A DNA stretch of 64,000 bases from Planctomycetota bacterium (GTDB lineage: Bacteria; Planctomycetota; UBA1135; UBA2386), in assembly GCA_965223545.1 (NCBI GenBank), contig OZ245006.1:7136001-7200000 (forward strand), in the 5' to 3' direction. A program made the translations under genes and the position numbers. Under the pieces are notes generated by a model. That model worked only from the letters and a program-made list of their open reading frames with translations, was not told where the DNA came from and made no database searches. This document shows positions 1 to 9,680 of this stretch, piece after piece. How positions within the stretch are numbered: position 1 is the stretch's first letter; each line of letters opens with the position of its first letter.

Positions 1-2
1 AG

Positions 3-1868
3 GGGCCGTGGATCACCTACTGGCAGCGCCAGGCGCGCCACCGCGCGCTCGGCCACGAGCCGCCTTCGTGGTTCCTCGCCACCGCGCCGATCGAGCTGGT
101 GCGGGCGCAGGAGCACGCGCCGGACTCCGCCGGCGAGGCCGAGCAGCTGCGCGCCATCGCCCTGCTCGACGCTCTTCGCAGCGAGCGCCTGCCCGCTGGC
201 CGCGTCTTCGCGCTGGAAGAGATGGCACGGATGGTTGCGGTGCGCGCCGCGCTGGGCGCCACCGAGCTCGATTGGAAGGACCTCGACTTCTACTACGACC
301 GCGACACCGACCGGCTGCGACCGATCGGCAAGGAGCTGCACCACGCGGTCGAGGCCGACACGCGGCGCTGGTGGATGAACGACGCCGGGCCGACCTTCGG
401 CACGCCGCTGATGGCGCTGCTGCTCGAGGACGCCGCCTTCGAGGAGGCCTACGTCAGCCAGCTGCGCCGCGTGACCCGCCCCGAGTGGAGTGCCGCGCTG
501 CTGCGCCGGCACGGCCGGGCGCTGGCGCGCCACGTCGCTGCCCTGCGCGCGGAGTTTCCCGCCGTCGCCGTCGACCCGCAGGGGTTGGCGGCGGTGCGCG
601 CGGTGATCGACCACGCGCTGCAGCCGGCGCAGGCGGTCGACGTCCGGTGGACGCCGGCGGCCGGCGGTCGGCTGCGGCTGGAAATCGCCAACCTGCACGC
701 ATTCTCGCTGTGGCCGACCGGCGTGGTCCTCGGCGGAGCCACGGTGGCGTTGCCCGCGCGCCGCCTGCGCGGCCGAGGCGCCGCGGCGCGTGTCGAGTGG
801 GCCAACATGGTCGTTCCCGTCGGCGGCACGGACCCGGGCGCTGGCCCGGAGGCGCTCTTGTTTCGCCTCGCCGGCAGTCCGGCGGTGCACCGCGCGCCGG
901 TGTCCCGCGGCGTGCGCAGTCTGTCGGCGGCGGACGTGACGTTGCCGGAAGGTGCGCTCGAGCGACCGTTCTGGCAGCTCGAGCCGCTGCGCAAAGAGCT
1001 GCGGTGTCTACCGGGAGAGTGGCGCATCGATCGCCCGGTGGTGATCCCGGCGGGCTACCGCGTCGTGGCGGGACCGGGCGTGTGCTGGGACTTGAGTCAG
1101 GGGGCCAGTGTGATCTCCGCCTCGCCCCTCGAGTGGCGCGGCGCGCCCGATGCACCGGTCGTGCTGCAATCGACCGACGGCAGTGGAGGAGGCTTGCTGC
1201 TGATCGGTGGTGCTGGGGCCTCGACGCTGTCGCACGTCGTGCTGCGCGGTCTGGCACCGGTGCAGTGGGAGGGCGGCACGACGGCCGCCGCCGTGACGCT
1301 GCACGGCGGGCGCGTCTCGTGCTCGCAGGTCGCGTTGTCCGCCAATCGAGGCGGTGACCTTCTGCACGCGGCGTTCGGTGTGTTCGAGTTCCGCGGCGTC
1401 GAGTGCGCCGCCGCCAGCGGTACCGCCATGGTACTCGACGGGGCCGAGGCGTCCTTGTGGGGCGGGTCGGTGATCGCGTCGGCGGCCGGTGACGGCGTGT
1501 CGAGTCGTGGCTCGGAGCTGCGCGTCGAGGGCACACTGGTCCGAGGAGCCGGCGTCGGGGTCGGTCTGCTGGTATCGGCGCACGGCAGTGCGCGCGTGGC
1601 CGATGCCGCGATCGGAAGCCTGCGCGTCGGCGTCGCGTGCGGGGGCGGTGTCCATGTCGACTTGCAGGACGTCTCCCTTTCGGCCTGCGAAGTCGGTTGC
1701 GCGGTCTACCAGAGCGACGGCGTGCCGCCCGGACCGGTGACCGTGCGCCGCCTGCGGTGTGACGCCGTCGGCGCCGAGACGCTGGTCGAGGACGGAGCCC
1801 GCGTATCGGTCGACGGCGTCGAACGCCCAGGGGATCGGCAGGCCGTGTCCGCGTGGGTGGAGCGATGA
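3..1868 (+). CDS. CotH-kinase-like protein with C-terminal right-handed beta-helix region; 5'-truncated by the window edge
   Basis: Frame is open from position 3 (GPWITYWQ...). The segment FALEEMARMVAVRAALG..LDWKDLDFYYDRDTDRLRPIG resembles the CotH C-lobe. The C-terminal half is Gly/Val/Ser-rich like a beta-helix. The stop overlaps the next start (ATGA). Confidence 0.6.
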   Translation, partial: GPWITYWQRQARHRALGHEPPSWFLATAPIELVRAQEHAPDSAGEAEQLRAIALLDALRSERLPAGRVFALEEMARMVAVRAALGATELDWKDLDFYYDRDTDRLRPIGKELHHAVEADTRRWWMNDAGPTFGTPLMALLLEDAAFEEAYVSQLRRVTRPEWSAALLRRHGRALARHVAALRAEFPAVAVDPQGLAAVRAVIDHALQPAQAVDVRWTPAAGGRLRLEIANLHAFSLWPTGVVLGGATVALPARRLRGRGAAARVEWANMVVPVGGTDPGAGPEALLFRLAGSPAVHRAPVSRGVRSLSAADVTLPEGALERPFWQLEPLRKELRCLPGEWRIDRPVVIPAGYRVVAGPGVCWDLSQGASVISASPLEWRGAPDAPVVLQSTDGSGGGLLLIGGAGASTLSHVVLRGLAPVQWEGGTTAAAVTLHGGRVSCSQVALSANRGGDLLHAAFGVFEFRGVECAAASGTAMVLDGAEASLWGGSVIASAAGDGVSSRGSELRVEGTLVRGAGVGVGLLVSAHGSARVADAAIGSLRVGVACGGGVHVDLQDVSLSACEVGCAVYQSDGVPPGPVTVRRLRCDAVGAETLVEDGARVSVDGVERPGDRQAVSAWVER

Positions 1869-2908
1869 GGGCGACCCTGAGGAAGGTGTGCGCGGTGGCG
1901 GTGCTGATCGTGCCGGCGGTCGGCGCACCGACGGTGGACGTGCGCGCGCAGACCCGGTTCCTCGTCGCCGGCCACACCTACGGCACCCACCAGGGCGACA
2001 ACCAAGCCCTCTGGCCGCCGTTCCTCGCCGCGCTGCAGCGCGCCGACCTCGATGGCGCCGCCTGCCTGGTGCTGGCCGGCGACTTCGTCCGCCACTGCGA
2101 CGCCGCGGCACGCAGCCTCCTGCAACAACAGATCGAGCAGTTGCCAGTGCCGGTGTACCTGCTGCTCGGCAACCACGAGGAGACCACGCCGCTGTGTCGC
2201 GAGTGGGTCGTGCGGCGGCACGGCGGTGCGTACTACACGTTCGGCCACGGCGATCTGTTCGGCATCGTGCTCGACAGCCAGCAGCACGAGCGCGCGGTGG
2301 CGGCGGAGCAGGTTTCGTTCTTGGCGGCCGCACTGGCGCGCGCACCGGCCGAGGCGATCGTCTGTGTGTTCATGCACGAGCTCTTGTGGTTGGCCGAGGG
2401 GCGCCGCTACGCGTGGGTGCGCGCCAACCGGCGATCCCGGCAAGAGGCGTTGGCGGCGCTGCCGCACACCAACTACTGGCGCGACGTGCACCCCCTCTTG
2501 GTCGCCTGCGCGCCGCGGCCGATCTACGTCATCGCCGGCGATGTCGGTGGCAACCCGGACGCGGTGCCGGCGTTCTTCGACGTGCGCGACAACGTCACGC
2601 TGGTGGCCACCGGGATGGGCGGTGCAGTGCAGGACAACTACCTCGAAGTCGAGCTCGAGGACGGCAGGGCGAGCTTCCGCCTGGTCCCGCTCGATCCCAA
2701 GGACGCGCCTCTACCCCCACTCACGCACTACACCGCCGAGTGGGCATCAAGCGTCGACGGCCGGGGACGTACGCTGGGGCGGCGCGTGCGGTTTGGCCGT
2801 TGGGCGTGGATGAATTGGCCGCTACTCGCCGGGGGTCTCGTGCTGATCGCCCTCGCAGCCCTCACCTGGAAGTACCGAGCCAGGCTCCCGTTCATCACCA
2901 GCCGGTGA
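1865..2908 (+). CDS. Secreted/membrane-anchored calcineurin-like metallophosphoesterase; the last ~12 codons are supplied by the IS end
   Basis: Signal peptide, motifs AGH, LAGD, GNHE, FMH and IAGD, and a C-terminal TM helix. ATG at 1865 overlaps the upstream TGA. Confidence 0.8.
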   Translation: MRATLRKVCAVAVLIVPAVGAPTVDVRAQTRFLVAGHTYGTHQGDNQALWPPFLAALQRADLDGAACLVLAGDFVRHCDAAARSLLQQQIEQLPVPVYLLLGNHEETTPLCREWVVRRHGGAYYTFGHGDLFGIVLDSQQHERAVAAEQVSFLAAALARAPAEAIVCVFMHELLWLAEGRRYAWVRANRRSRQEALAALPHTNYWRDVHPLLVACAPRPIYVIAGDVGGNPDAVPAFFDVRDNVTLVATGMGGAVQDNYLEVELEDGRASFRLVPLDPKDAPLPPLTHYTAEWASSVDGRGRTLGRRVRFGRWAWMNWPLLAGGLVLIALAALTWKYRARLPFITSR

Positions 2909-2922
2909 TGAATGGGAGCCTG
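2881..2922. repeat. 19-bp-stem hairpin at the IS end, just downstream of the transposase stop
   Basis: CAGGCTCCCGTTCATCACC-agcc-GGTGATGAATGGGAGCCTG, with one G-T pair. Confidence 0.85.
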
Positions 2923-2931
2923 ACCTGAAAC

Positions 2932-4314
2932 TCACCCAGCCTCGGCGATCGGTATGAGCTTGTACCCGAGGGATTTAGCGTTCTGTCGGAGTCCGACGAT
3001 GCGTCGCTGGGTGAAGCGCTCCTCGTAGGCCTTGGCGCCTTCGTCTACGTAGTCCTGGCCGAACTTCAGCATGCGGTAGATGAGCAGGGCCAGTTTGCGG
3101 GCGATGGCAAAGATGGCGACGTTGCCGTCCTTCGCGCGGGCGATCTTGCGGAAGTGTGCGCCGAGAGCTGTCTGAGTACGTTGGAGGGACAGGGCGGCCA
3201 TCCGGAGGACCGTGGCGATCCTGCTGACCGCGATGTTGTTGCGGTGCTTCTTGATGCGCTTTCCACCCGAGACGGCTTGACGTGGGCACAGGCGTAGCCA
3301 GGAGACGAAGTGCTTCTCGGTCGGGAAAGCTTCGAGGTCGTAGCCGACCTCGGTGAGCACGATCATGGCCGTGCTCGGGCTGATACCGTCGATTCGCGTG
3401 AGATCACACCCGACGAGCCGGCAGAGGGCATCGCGAAGCTCCCGGCCGCCCTTCGTTCGGATGCTCCTCTCCTTGCGGGGGTCTGGATGCTCGGGGACGT
3501 CGGCCGTCTTGGCTTCCTCCGGTTGCAGGTCCTCGATCATCGCCATCAATCGCTTCTCGACCGACTCGATCTCGTGGTCGGTGTGCTCGAGCATCCGCAA
3601 GCCCGAAGCGAGAGTGAAGATGTGCTCCTCGATCCAGGTCCCTTGCAAGTGATCCGCGAGCTCCTTCTCGGAGATCTTGCAGCGCGGATCACGCAGTCTG
3701 GCGAGCGCTCGAGGGTCGCGTTCACCAGCGAGAATCGCGCGGATGATCGCGAGGCCGGTCTTGCCGGTGATGTCCGTTACCGCGCGATGGATCGCCACGT
3801 TCATCTGATCCAGTGACCGCTGCATCAACTGCGTGTGGCGCGTGCGCTGCGCGATCAAAGACGCGGCATGGCGTTGCAGGGTCCGCAACGCACAGATGTC
3901 CTTCGGAGGCCGGAACGAAGCGCGAATGAGGCCATAGGTGTGTAGCTTCTGCAGCCAACTGCAATCGCTGGCATCGGACTTGGAGCGGCCCGGCACGTTC
4001 TTCACCTCGCGGGCATTCGCGAGGATGACCTCGAAGCCTCTCGACTCGAGTAGCTCGTAGACGGGAATCCAGTAGACATAGGTGCTCTCCATCGCGACGG
4101 ATCGCACTCCGAGCTCCTCCAGCCAGTCCGCGAGCGCCTCTAGCTGGGGCGTCGTCGTTCCGAATCGCTTGATCGGACGACTGCCGTCGGGTGCTGCTGC
4201 GCACACCCAGTGCTCGCGGCTGCCGATGTCGATTCCGGCGGCGTTGGGCTTCACGACTGGCAATACTTCCGCTGCGGGCTTCTTGCCCTTCCTCGTTCTG
4301 CTCTTCCCAGCCAT
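2932..4314 (-). CDS. IS110-family transposase/recombinase (DEDD RuvC-like N-terminal domain plus Tnp20 C-terminal domain)
   Basis: Motifs GIDIG, AMESTYVYW, KSDASD, IDGISP, FVSWLRLCP..SGG and AIARKLA..IYRML. 460 aa and intact. RBS-like GAGGA upstream. Confidence 0.95.
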   Translation of the reverse strand: MAGKSRTRKGKKPAAEVLPVVKPNAAGIDIGSREHWVCAAAPDGSRPIKRFGTTTPQLEALADWLEELGVRSVAMESTYVYWIPVYELLESRGFEVILANAREVKNVPGRSKSDASDCSWLQKLHTYGLIRASFRPPKDICALRTLQRHAASLIAQRTRHTQLMQRSLDQMNVAIHRAVTDITGKTGLAIIRAILAGERDPRALARLRDPRCKISEKELADHLQGTWIEEHIFTLASGLRMLEHTDHEIESVEKRLMAMIEDLQPEEAKTADVPEHPDPRKERSIRTKGGRELRDALCRLVGCDLTRIDGISPSTAMIVLTEVGYDLEAFPTEKHFVSWLRLCPRQAVSGGKRIKKHRNNIAVSRIATVLRMAALSLQRTQTALGAHFRKIARAKDGNVAIFAIARKLALLIYRMLKFGQDYVDEGAKAYEERFTQRRIVGLRQNAKSLGYKLIPIAEAG

Positions 4315-4330
4315 ACTTCATCCTCATTGT

Positions 4331-4495
4331 TGTGGTGGGCCCGGCCCGAGGCGGCGATCAAACGAATCTGACCTGCGGGAGTGGGCACGGCGACGTGCCC
4401 CTCACCAGTGAAGGATGGCCAACTCGGACCCAGACTGGCTCTGGGGCAAACGTGCTCCAGTGGCTATTGGGGGCGTAGCTGCCGGGCCCCTCACA
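4331..4495 (-). ncRNA. Candidate bridge/seek RNA of the IS110 element
   Basis: Non-coding region upstream of the transposase, closed by a 9-bp stem (4337-4345 with 4481-4489). It has internal hairpins at 4383-4400 and 4356-4373, the latter with a UUCG loop on the minus strand. IS110 elements are known to encode such RNAs in their non-coding ends. Confidence 0.55.
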
Positions 4496-4598
4496 CGTTC
4501 CCCTCCCCCTTCCTCAGCGGCTAGTTTCCTGCCCTGAAGGGCCGACAAATCTGCCGGGGCAGGACTGGCTCGGTACTTGCGTCGGCGTCCGGGTCTCG

Positions 4599-6470
4599 TC
4601 AGCGGAAGTAGCGCACCGCGCTGGCGACCACCGCCGGGTTTTGCCCCGGACCGGCGGCGCCGCCGAGCAGGTGGATGACGCCGTAGGCGTCGGTGTAGCT
4701 GCCATACGCGCCGCGCTCGGTCGGCATGGTCGGGCCGTTGCGCCAGCTGCCGGTCGCGATGTCGTAGATCTCGGTGACCGCGAGTGCGGTGGGGCCGGTG
4801 AGGGCGCCCTGCAGGCCGCCGAAGTGGACGACCTCGTTGCCCTGGCGCACGGCTGCCTGCATGCCGCTCGGCTGCGACATGTTGCCCGCGCGCGCCCAGC
4901 TGCCGTTGCCGCCCGGCTGCGCGGTGTACACGTCGGCGGCGTCGGTCGGCGCGCCGAGGCCGAGCGCACTGTTGAGGCCACCGGCGGCCAGATAGCGGTC
5001 GGGGCTGGTGCCGATCTGGGTGATCGGGAAGATCGCGCGCGCGTTGGGCATCGACGGCCCGCCGCGAAAACCGCTGCCGTCGTAGAACTCGGTCTGCGTC
5101 CAGATCGCCGGGATCGGCAAGCCGAGAAAACTGGATGGCCCGACTCCGCCGGCGATCAGCAGCCGGCCGTCGGCGAGCTCGATCACGCCGTGGCCGGCGC
5201 GGCCCCGCGTCATGCGCGGCCCGGGGACGAAGCTGCCACCGCAGCCGCTGCCGTCGAGGCGGAATACTTCGGTGGTATCGAGGGCCGACTGGATCGTGGT
5301 CGCCGGGTTGGCGTTGACCACCGACAGACCGCCGCTGACGAGCACGTCGCCGTTGGCCAGCAACGTGGCCGCGTGGCCCATGCGCGCCTCGCTCATGCTG
5401 CCGACCGGCGTGAACAAGCCGGTGCTGGGGTCGTACAGCTCGGCGCTCGCCGTCGGGTCGTTCTGCACGTCGACGCCGCCGACCAGGAGCCACTTGCCGT
5501 TGGGCAACGCGGTCGCGGTGTGCAGCGAACGCGCGACGTTGAGCGGCACCGGATGCGCAGCGAACCCCCCGGTCACCGGGTCGTAGACCTCGACCTGGTC
5601 GGTGGCGATCTGCGCCAGGATCCCGCCCTGGCCGCCGCCGGCGATCACCACGCGCTCGCGGTCGTCGAGCATCACCGGAAAGAACGACCGCGCCAGAGTC
5701 ATCGAGGCCGACAGCGGCTGGAAGCTCTGCGCCGGCGCGACGTAGATCGGCTGCGGCTGACTGATGCGGTTGTAGCGCGGCGTCGCGGTGGGATCGATCG
5801 ACAGCCCCTGGGCAAACAGCACGCCAGGCCCGGCCAACGCCGGCACCGCGAAGCTCACCGCGGTGAACTCGGTGAAGCCGGGGGGCGCGAACAGGCCGGC
5901 GTGGCCGGGCAAGATGGTCAAGCCGCCGAGGCCGACCGCCAGCTGCCGCGGATCGCCGGGGTTGAGCGCGCCCAGCGGCAGCGGGCCGGGCCCGGGGCTC
6001 ATCAAGATCGCGCCGATCGTGCCCGCCGTCACCGGCGTCGCGGTCGACAGCCGCAGCGCCAGCGTGCCCGGCGCCGAGCCGGCGATGCCGTGCAGCCGCA
6101 GCGCGGGCAGGTCGCACACCACGGTCGTCGTGCAAGAGATGAAGCCGCTGCTGCTGAACCGAACCGGAGTGCCGCTGAGTGCGGTCGCGGCGTGACCGAC
6201 CGTGAACACCGCGGTGCCGCCCGTCCCGGTGGTTGCGCTGGCGTCGACCGACACCAGCGCCGGGTCGAACCCCGCCGCGATGACCACGCCGGCGGTCGGC
6301 GGCGACGTGATCACGATGATGCAGGTGCTCTCCCCCGGCCGCAGCTGCACCGAGGCCGGATCACAGGTGAGGAACGTCTGTCCCGTCGCCTTTGCGCAAC
6401 CGAGCGCGGCGACGGCGAGCCAGACGCGGAGACGGGACGGCGAGGCGCGCCGGGCGCGGGCTGGACGCAT
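4599..6470 (-). CDS. Secreted kelch-repeat (beta-propeller) protein with N-terminal Ig-like segments
   Basis: Repeated kelch motifs (ARSLHTATAL..GKWLLVGG, ARMGHAATLL.NGDVLVSGG, GRAGHG..L.DGRLLIAGG). The plausible start is ATG 6470, followed by a signal peptide. The longer ORF start lies inside gatB. Confidence 0.85.
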   Translation of the reverse strand: MRPARARRASPSRLRVWLAVAALGCAKATGQTFLTCDPASVQLRPGESTCIIVITSPPTAGVVIAAGFDPALVSVDASATTGTGGTAVFTVGHAATALSGTPVRFSSSGFISCTTTVVCDLPALRLHGIAGSAPGTLALRLSTATPVTAGTIGAILMSPGPGPLPLGALNPGDPRQLAVGLGGLTILPGHAGLFAPPGFTEFTAVSFAVPALAGPGVLFAQGLSIDPTATPRYNRISQPQPIYVAPAQSFQPLSASMTLARSFFPVMLDDRERVVIAGGGQGGILAQIATDQVEVYDPVTGGFAAHPVPLNVARSLHTATALPNGKWLLVGGVDVQNDPTASAELYDPSTGLFTPVGSMSEARMGHAATLLANGDVLVSGGLSVVNANPATTIQSALDTTEVFRLDGSGCGGSFVPGPRMTRGRAGHGVIELADGRLLIAGGVGPSSFLGLPIPAIWTQTEFYDGSGFRGGPSMPNARAIFPITQIGTSPDRYLAAGGLNSALGLGAPTDAADVYTAQPGGNGSWARAGNMSQPSGMQAAVRQGNEVVHFGGLQGALTGPTALAVTEIYDIATGSWRNGPTMPTERGAYGSYTDAYGVIHLLGGAAGPGQNPAVVASAVRYFR

Positions 6471-6502
6471 GCCAGCATCGTAGCGAACGCGCCGCCGGGC
6501 AG

Positions 6503-7927
6503 TCAGTCGCCGAGCGCGGCCCGCAGCAGGTCGTCGACCACGCTCGGGTTGGCGCGTCCGCCGGTGGCGCGCATCACCTTGCCTTTGAGGGCGTGGAATG
6601 CCTTGCCGACGCCCCGGCGGTAGTCGTCGACCGCAGCGGCGTTGTCGGCCAGCACCTGCCGCACCACCGGGTCGAGCGTCTGGCGATCGCTGATCTGACC
6701 CAGGTCCAGCGCGGCGATGGCCGCGGCGGTGTCCTCGCCGGTCTGCAGCATGCGCGCGAACACCTTCTTGCCGGCTTGCCGGCTCACCTCGCCGTCGGCC
6801 ACCGCGCGGATCAGCGCGGCCAACGTCGCCGGCGGCACCGGAAAGCGCTCGACCGGCAACTCGCGCTCGCGCAGCGCGCGCAAGACCTCGGTCATGGTCC
6901 AGTTGCTGGCCGCCTTGGCGTCGCCGCACGCGGTGGCCACCGCCTCGAAGTAGTCGGCGACAGCGGCGTCGGCGAGCAGCACGGTCAGGTCGTGCGCCGG
7001 CAGCCCGTGCGCCGCCGCGAGCCGGGCGCGGCGCGCGTCCGGCAGCTCCGGCAGCGCGCGCCGCTCGGCCTCGATCAGCGCCGCATCGATCTCGAGCGGC
7101 GGCAGATCCGGCTCGGGGAAGTAGCGGTAGTCGGTGGCCGACTCCTTGCTGCGCATGGTCGCGGTCTCGCCGCGCTCCTCGTTCCACAGCCTTGTCTCCT
7201 GCACCACCGTGCCGCCGCCGGCGAGCACCGCGGTCTGCCGGCGCAGCTCGTACTCGAGCGCGCGTTCGACCATCTTGAACGAGTTGAGGTTCTTGATCTC
7301 GACCTTGGTGCCGAGCTGCTGCTGGCCGTGTGGTCGCACCGAGATGTTGGCGTCGCAGCGCAGCGAGCCCTTCTCCATGTCACAGTCGGACACCGTGGCG
7401 TACTGCAGGATCTGGCGCAGGTTGTCGAGGTAGGCGTGCGCGTCGGTCGGGGCGCGCAGATCGGGCCGGCCGACGATCTCGATCAGCGCCACGCCGGCGC
7501 GGTTGAGGTCGACCAAGCTACCGGCGTCGGTGTGCGTGCTCTTGCCGGCGTCCTCCTCGAGGTGGATGCGCTCGAGTGCGCACGTGCGGCCATCGCCGAG
7601 GGGCACCGTGCCGCCGCTGCAGTAGGGCCGGTCGTACTGGGTGATCTGATAGCCCTTGGGCAGATCCGGATAGAAGTAGCTCTTGCGCGCAAACTGCGAG
7701 CGCTCGTGGATGGTGGCGCCGAGCGCCAGCGCGGCGCGCACCGCGGCGCGCACCGCGGCGCCGTTGAGCACCGGCAGCACGCCGGGCAGGCCGAGGTCGA
7801 CCGGCGACACCCGGCTGTTGGGCTCGCCGCCGAACGCCGCCGGCGCACAGGAGAACAGCTTGCTGCGCACGTCGAGCTGGCAGTGCACCTCGAGCCCGAT
7901 GACGCATTCGAATCCGTGGTCGCTCAC
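6503..7927 (-). CDS. gatB: Asp-tRNA(Asn)/Glu-tRNA(Gln) amidotransferase subunit B
   Basis: VIGLEVHCQL, RKSYFYPDLPKGYQITQ, IHLEEDAGK, GSLRCDANIS, DYRYFPEPDLPP. The GTG start overlaps the gatA stop. Confidence 0.97.
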   Translation of the reverse strand: MSDHGFECVIGLEVHCQLDVRSKLFSCAPAAFGGEPNSRVSPVDLGLPGVLPVLNGAAVRAAVRAALALGATIHERSQFARKSYFYPDLPKGYQITQYDRPYCSGGTVPLGDGRTCALERIHLEEDAGKSTHTDAGSLVDLNRAGVALIEIVGRPDLRAPTDAHAYLDNLRQILQYATVSDCDMEKGSLRCDANISVRPHGQQQLGTKVEIKNLNSFKMVERALEYELRRQTAVLAGGGTVVQETRLWNEERGETATMRSKESATDYRYFPEPDLPPLEIDAALIEAERRALPELPDARRARLAAAHGLPAHDLTVLLADAAVADYFEAVATACGDAKAASNWTMTEVLRALRERELPVERFPVPPATLAALIRAVADGEVSRQAGKKVFARMLQTGEDTAAAIAALDLGQISDRQTLDPVVRQVLADNAAAVDDYRRGVGKAFHALKGKVMRATGGRANPSVVDDLLRAALGD

Positions 7928-9393
7928 AGCGCTGGCTCGCGGCGATGGTGGGCGGTGGCGGTTTGATAGGCGGCCGCCGCGCGCAGCAGGGTCTCTTCGG
8001 CGAGCGCCGGGCCGATCAGCTGCAGGCCGACCGGCAGGCCGCCGTCGGTGGCGCCGCACGGCAGCGACAGCGCCGGCACGCCGGCCAGGTTGGCCGGCAC
8101 GGTCAGCACGTCGCACAGATACATCTGCAGCGGGTCGTCCAGCTTCTCACCGAGCCGGAACGCGGGCATCGGCGAAGTCGGGCAGGCGATCAGATCGCAC
8201 GCGGCGAAGGCGTGCTCGAAGTCGCGCCGGATCAGCGTGCGCACCTTGGATGCCTGCAAGTAATAGGCGTCGTAGCTCTCGGCGCACAGCGCGAAAGTGC
8301 CGAGCAGGATGCGCAGCACCGCCTCGTCGCCGAAGCCGAGGCTGCGCGTCTCGCTGTACATCGCGTCCAGGTCGAGCGCCCCCGACGCGCGCGCGCCGTA
8401 GCGGACGCCGTCGTAGCGGGCCAAGTTGGTGGCGGCCTCGGCGTTGGCGATCAAGTAGTAGCTGGCGATGGCGTGCTCGGCGTGCGGCAGCGTCACCGGT
8501 ACCACGCGGGCGCCGAGCTCTTCGAGCGCGTCGATCGCGGCGCGCACTGGCTGCTCGACGGCACCGTCCAGGTCGCCGCCCAGCAGTTGTTCGGCGATGC
8601 CGATGCGCAGCCCCGCGACGCCTCCCGCGAGCGCCGCGCCGTAGTCGGGCACCGGCTCGGGGCGCGACGTGGCGTCCATCGGATCGTGGCCGGCGAGCAC
8701 CGACAGCACGCAGGCCATGTCGGTGGCGCTGCGCGCGAACGGCGCCACGTGGTCGAGGCTGCTGGCGAAGGCGACCAGGCCGTAGCGCGAGATCCGGCCG
8801 TACGTCGGCTTGAGGCCGAGCACGCCGCACAGCGCCGCCGGCTGTCGCACCGAGCCGCCCGTGTCGGAGCCGAGCGCCAGCGGCGCCATGCGCGCGGCCA
8901 CCGCCGCGGCCGATCCGCCACTGCTGCCGCCGGGCGCGCGTTCGAGGTCGAACGGGTTGTGCGTGCGCTGCACGCTCGAGTGCTCGGTCGAGCTGCCGAA
9001 GGCGAACTCGTCCATGTTGGTGCGGCCGAGCAGCACCGCGCCGGCGGCCTCCAGGCGCTGCACCGCGGTGGCGGTGTAGGGCGCGCGGAAGCCCTCGAGG
9101 ATGCGCGACGCGCAGCCGGTGCGGGCGCCGCGGCGGACGAAGTTGTCCTTCAGCGCGACGGGTACTCCGGCAAGCGCGCCGAGCGGGCGGCCTTCCTTGC
9201 GTTTCCGGTCGACGGCCTCGGCGTCGCGCCGCGCCTGCTCGCCCCACACCTCGAGGAACGCGCCGACGCGCTCGTCGACCGCGCCGATGCGCGCCAAGTG
9301 CGCATCGACGATGTCCGCCGCGCGCAGCTCGCCGTCGCGCACCGCGTCGCGCAAGCCGAGCGCATCCATGCCGATCAGGTCGGTGCCGTTCAT
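7924..9393 (-). CDS. gatA: Asp-tRNA(Asn)/Glu-tRNA(Gln) amidotransferase subunit A
   Basis: Amidase signature PGGSSGGSAAAVAA and GSDTGGSVRQPAA, plus NLARYDGVRYG. Lies between gatC and gatB. Confidence 0.97.
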   Translation of the reverse strand: MNGTDLIGMDALGLRDAVRDGELRAADIVDAHLARIGAVDERVGAFLEVWGEQARRDAEAVDRKRKEGRPLGALAGVPVALKDNFVRRGARTGCASRILEGFRAPYTATAVQRLEAAGAVLLGRTNMDEFAFGSSTEHSSVQRTHNPFDLERAPGGSSGGSAAAVAARMAPLALGSDTGGSVRQPAALCGVLGLKPTYGRISRYGLVAFASSLDHVAPFARSATDMACVLSVLAGHDPMDATSRPEPVPDYGAALAGGVAGLRIGIAEQLLGGDLDGAVEQPVRAAIDALEELGARVVPVTLPHAEHAIASYYLIANAEAATNLARYDGVRYGARASGALDLDAMYSETRSLGFGDEAVLRILLGTFALCAESYDAYYLQASKVRTLIRRDFEHAFAACDLIACPTSPMPAFRLGEKLDDPLQMYLCDVLTVPANLAGVPALSLPCGATDGGLPVGLQLIGPALAEETLLRAAAAYQTATAHHRREPAL

Positions 9394-9680
9394 CCGTCGA
9401 CCGCCCGCGGCACGAGGAAGCAGTCGGCGCGGCGGCGCGGCGCGTTCGCCAGCACCTCGTCGACCGGCAGCACCGGTCCGGGCTCGTCGTCGCGCACCCG
9501 GGGCGGCAGCGCCAGTGGGTAGGGCTCGGGCTCGACGCCGGTCGTGTCGACCGCCGCCAGCGCTTCGAAGTAGCGCACCAGCCGCTCGAGGCGCGGCCTC
9601 AGTCGGGCGGCGTCCTCGTCGTCGACCCGCAGGCGGGCGAGCGCGGCGAGCTTGTGAAGATCGGGGTGATGGTCGCTCAC
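9390..9680 (-). CDS. gatC: Asp-tRNA(Asn)/Glu-tRNA(Gln) amidotransferase subunit C
   Basis: LAALARL...VDTTGVEP...RDD...LANAP...FLVPRAV. About 96 aa from GTG 9680. The stop overlaps the gatA ATG. Confidence 0.93.
   Translation of the reverse strand: MSDHHPDLHKLAALARLRVDDEDAARLRPRLERLVRYFEALAAVDTTGVEPEPYPLALPPRVRDDEPGPVLPVDEVLANAPRRRADCFLVPRAVDG

Larger units (their letters stand above)
2870..4578 (-). mobile_element. IS110-family insertion sequence bounded by 14-bp inverted repeats
   Basis: AAGTACCGAGCCAG (2870-2883) and its reverse complement CTGGCTCGGTACTT (4565-4578) bracket an IS110 transposase. GC is lower than in the flanks. Exact ends may lie a few bp outside the IRs. Confidence 0.85.

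Noticed and set aside
250..340. Possible loss of catalytic residues in the CotH-like domain (WKD, PIGKE)
   Set aside because: The gene is truncated by the window edge and the family assignment is too tentative to call it a pseudokinase.
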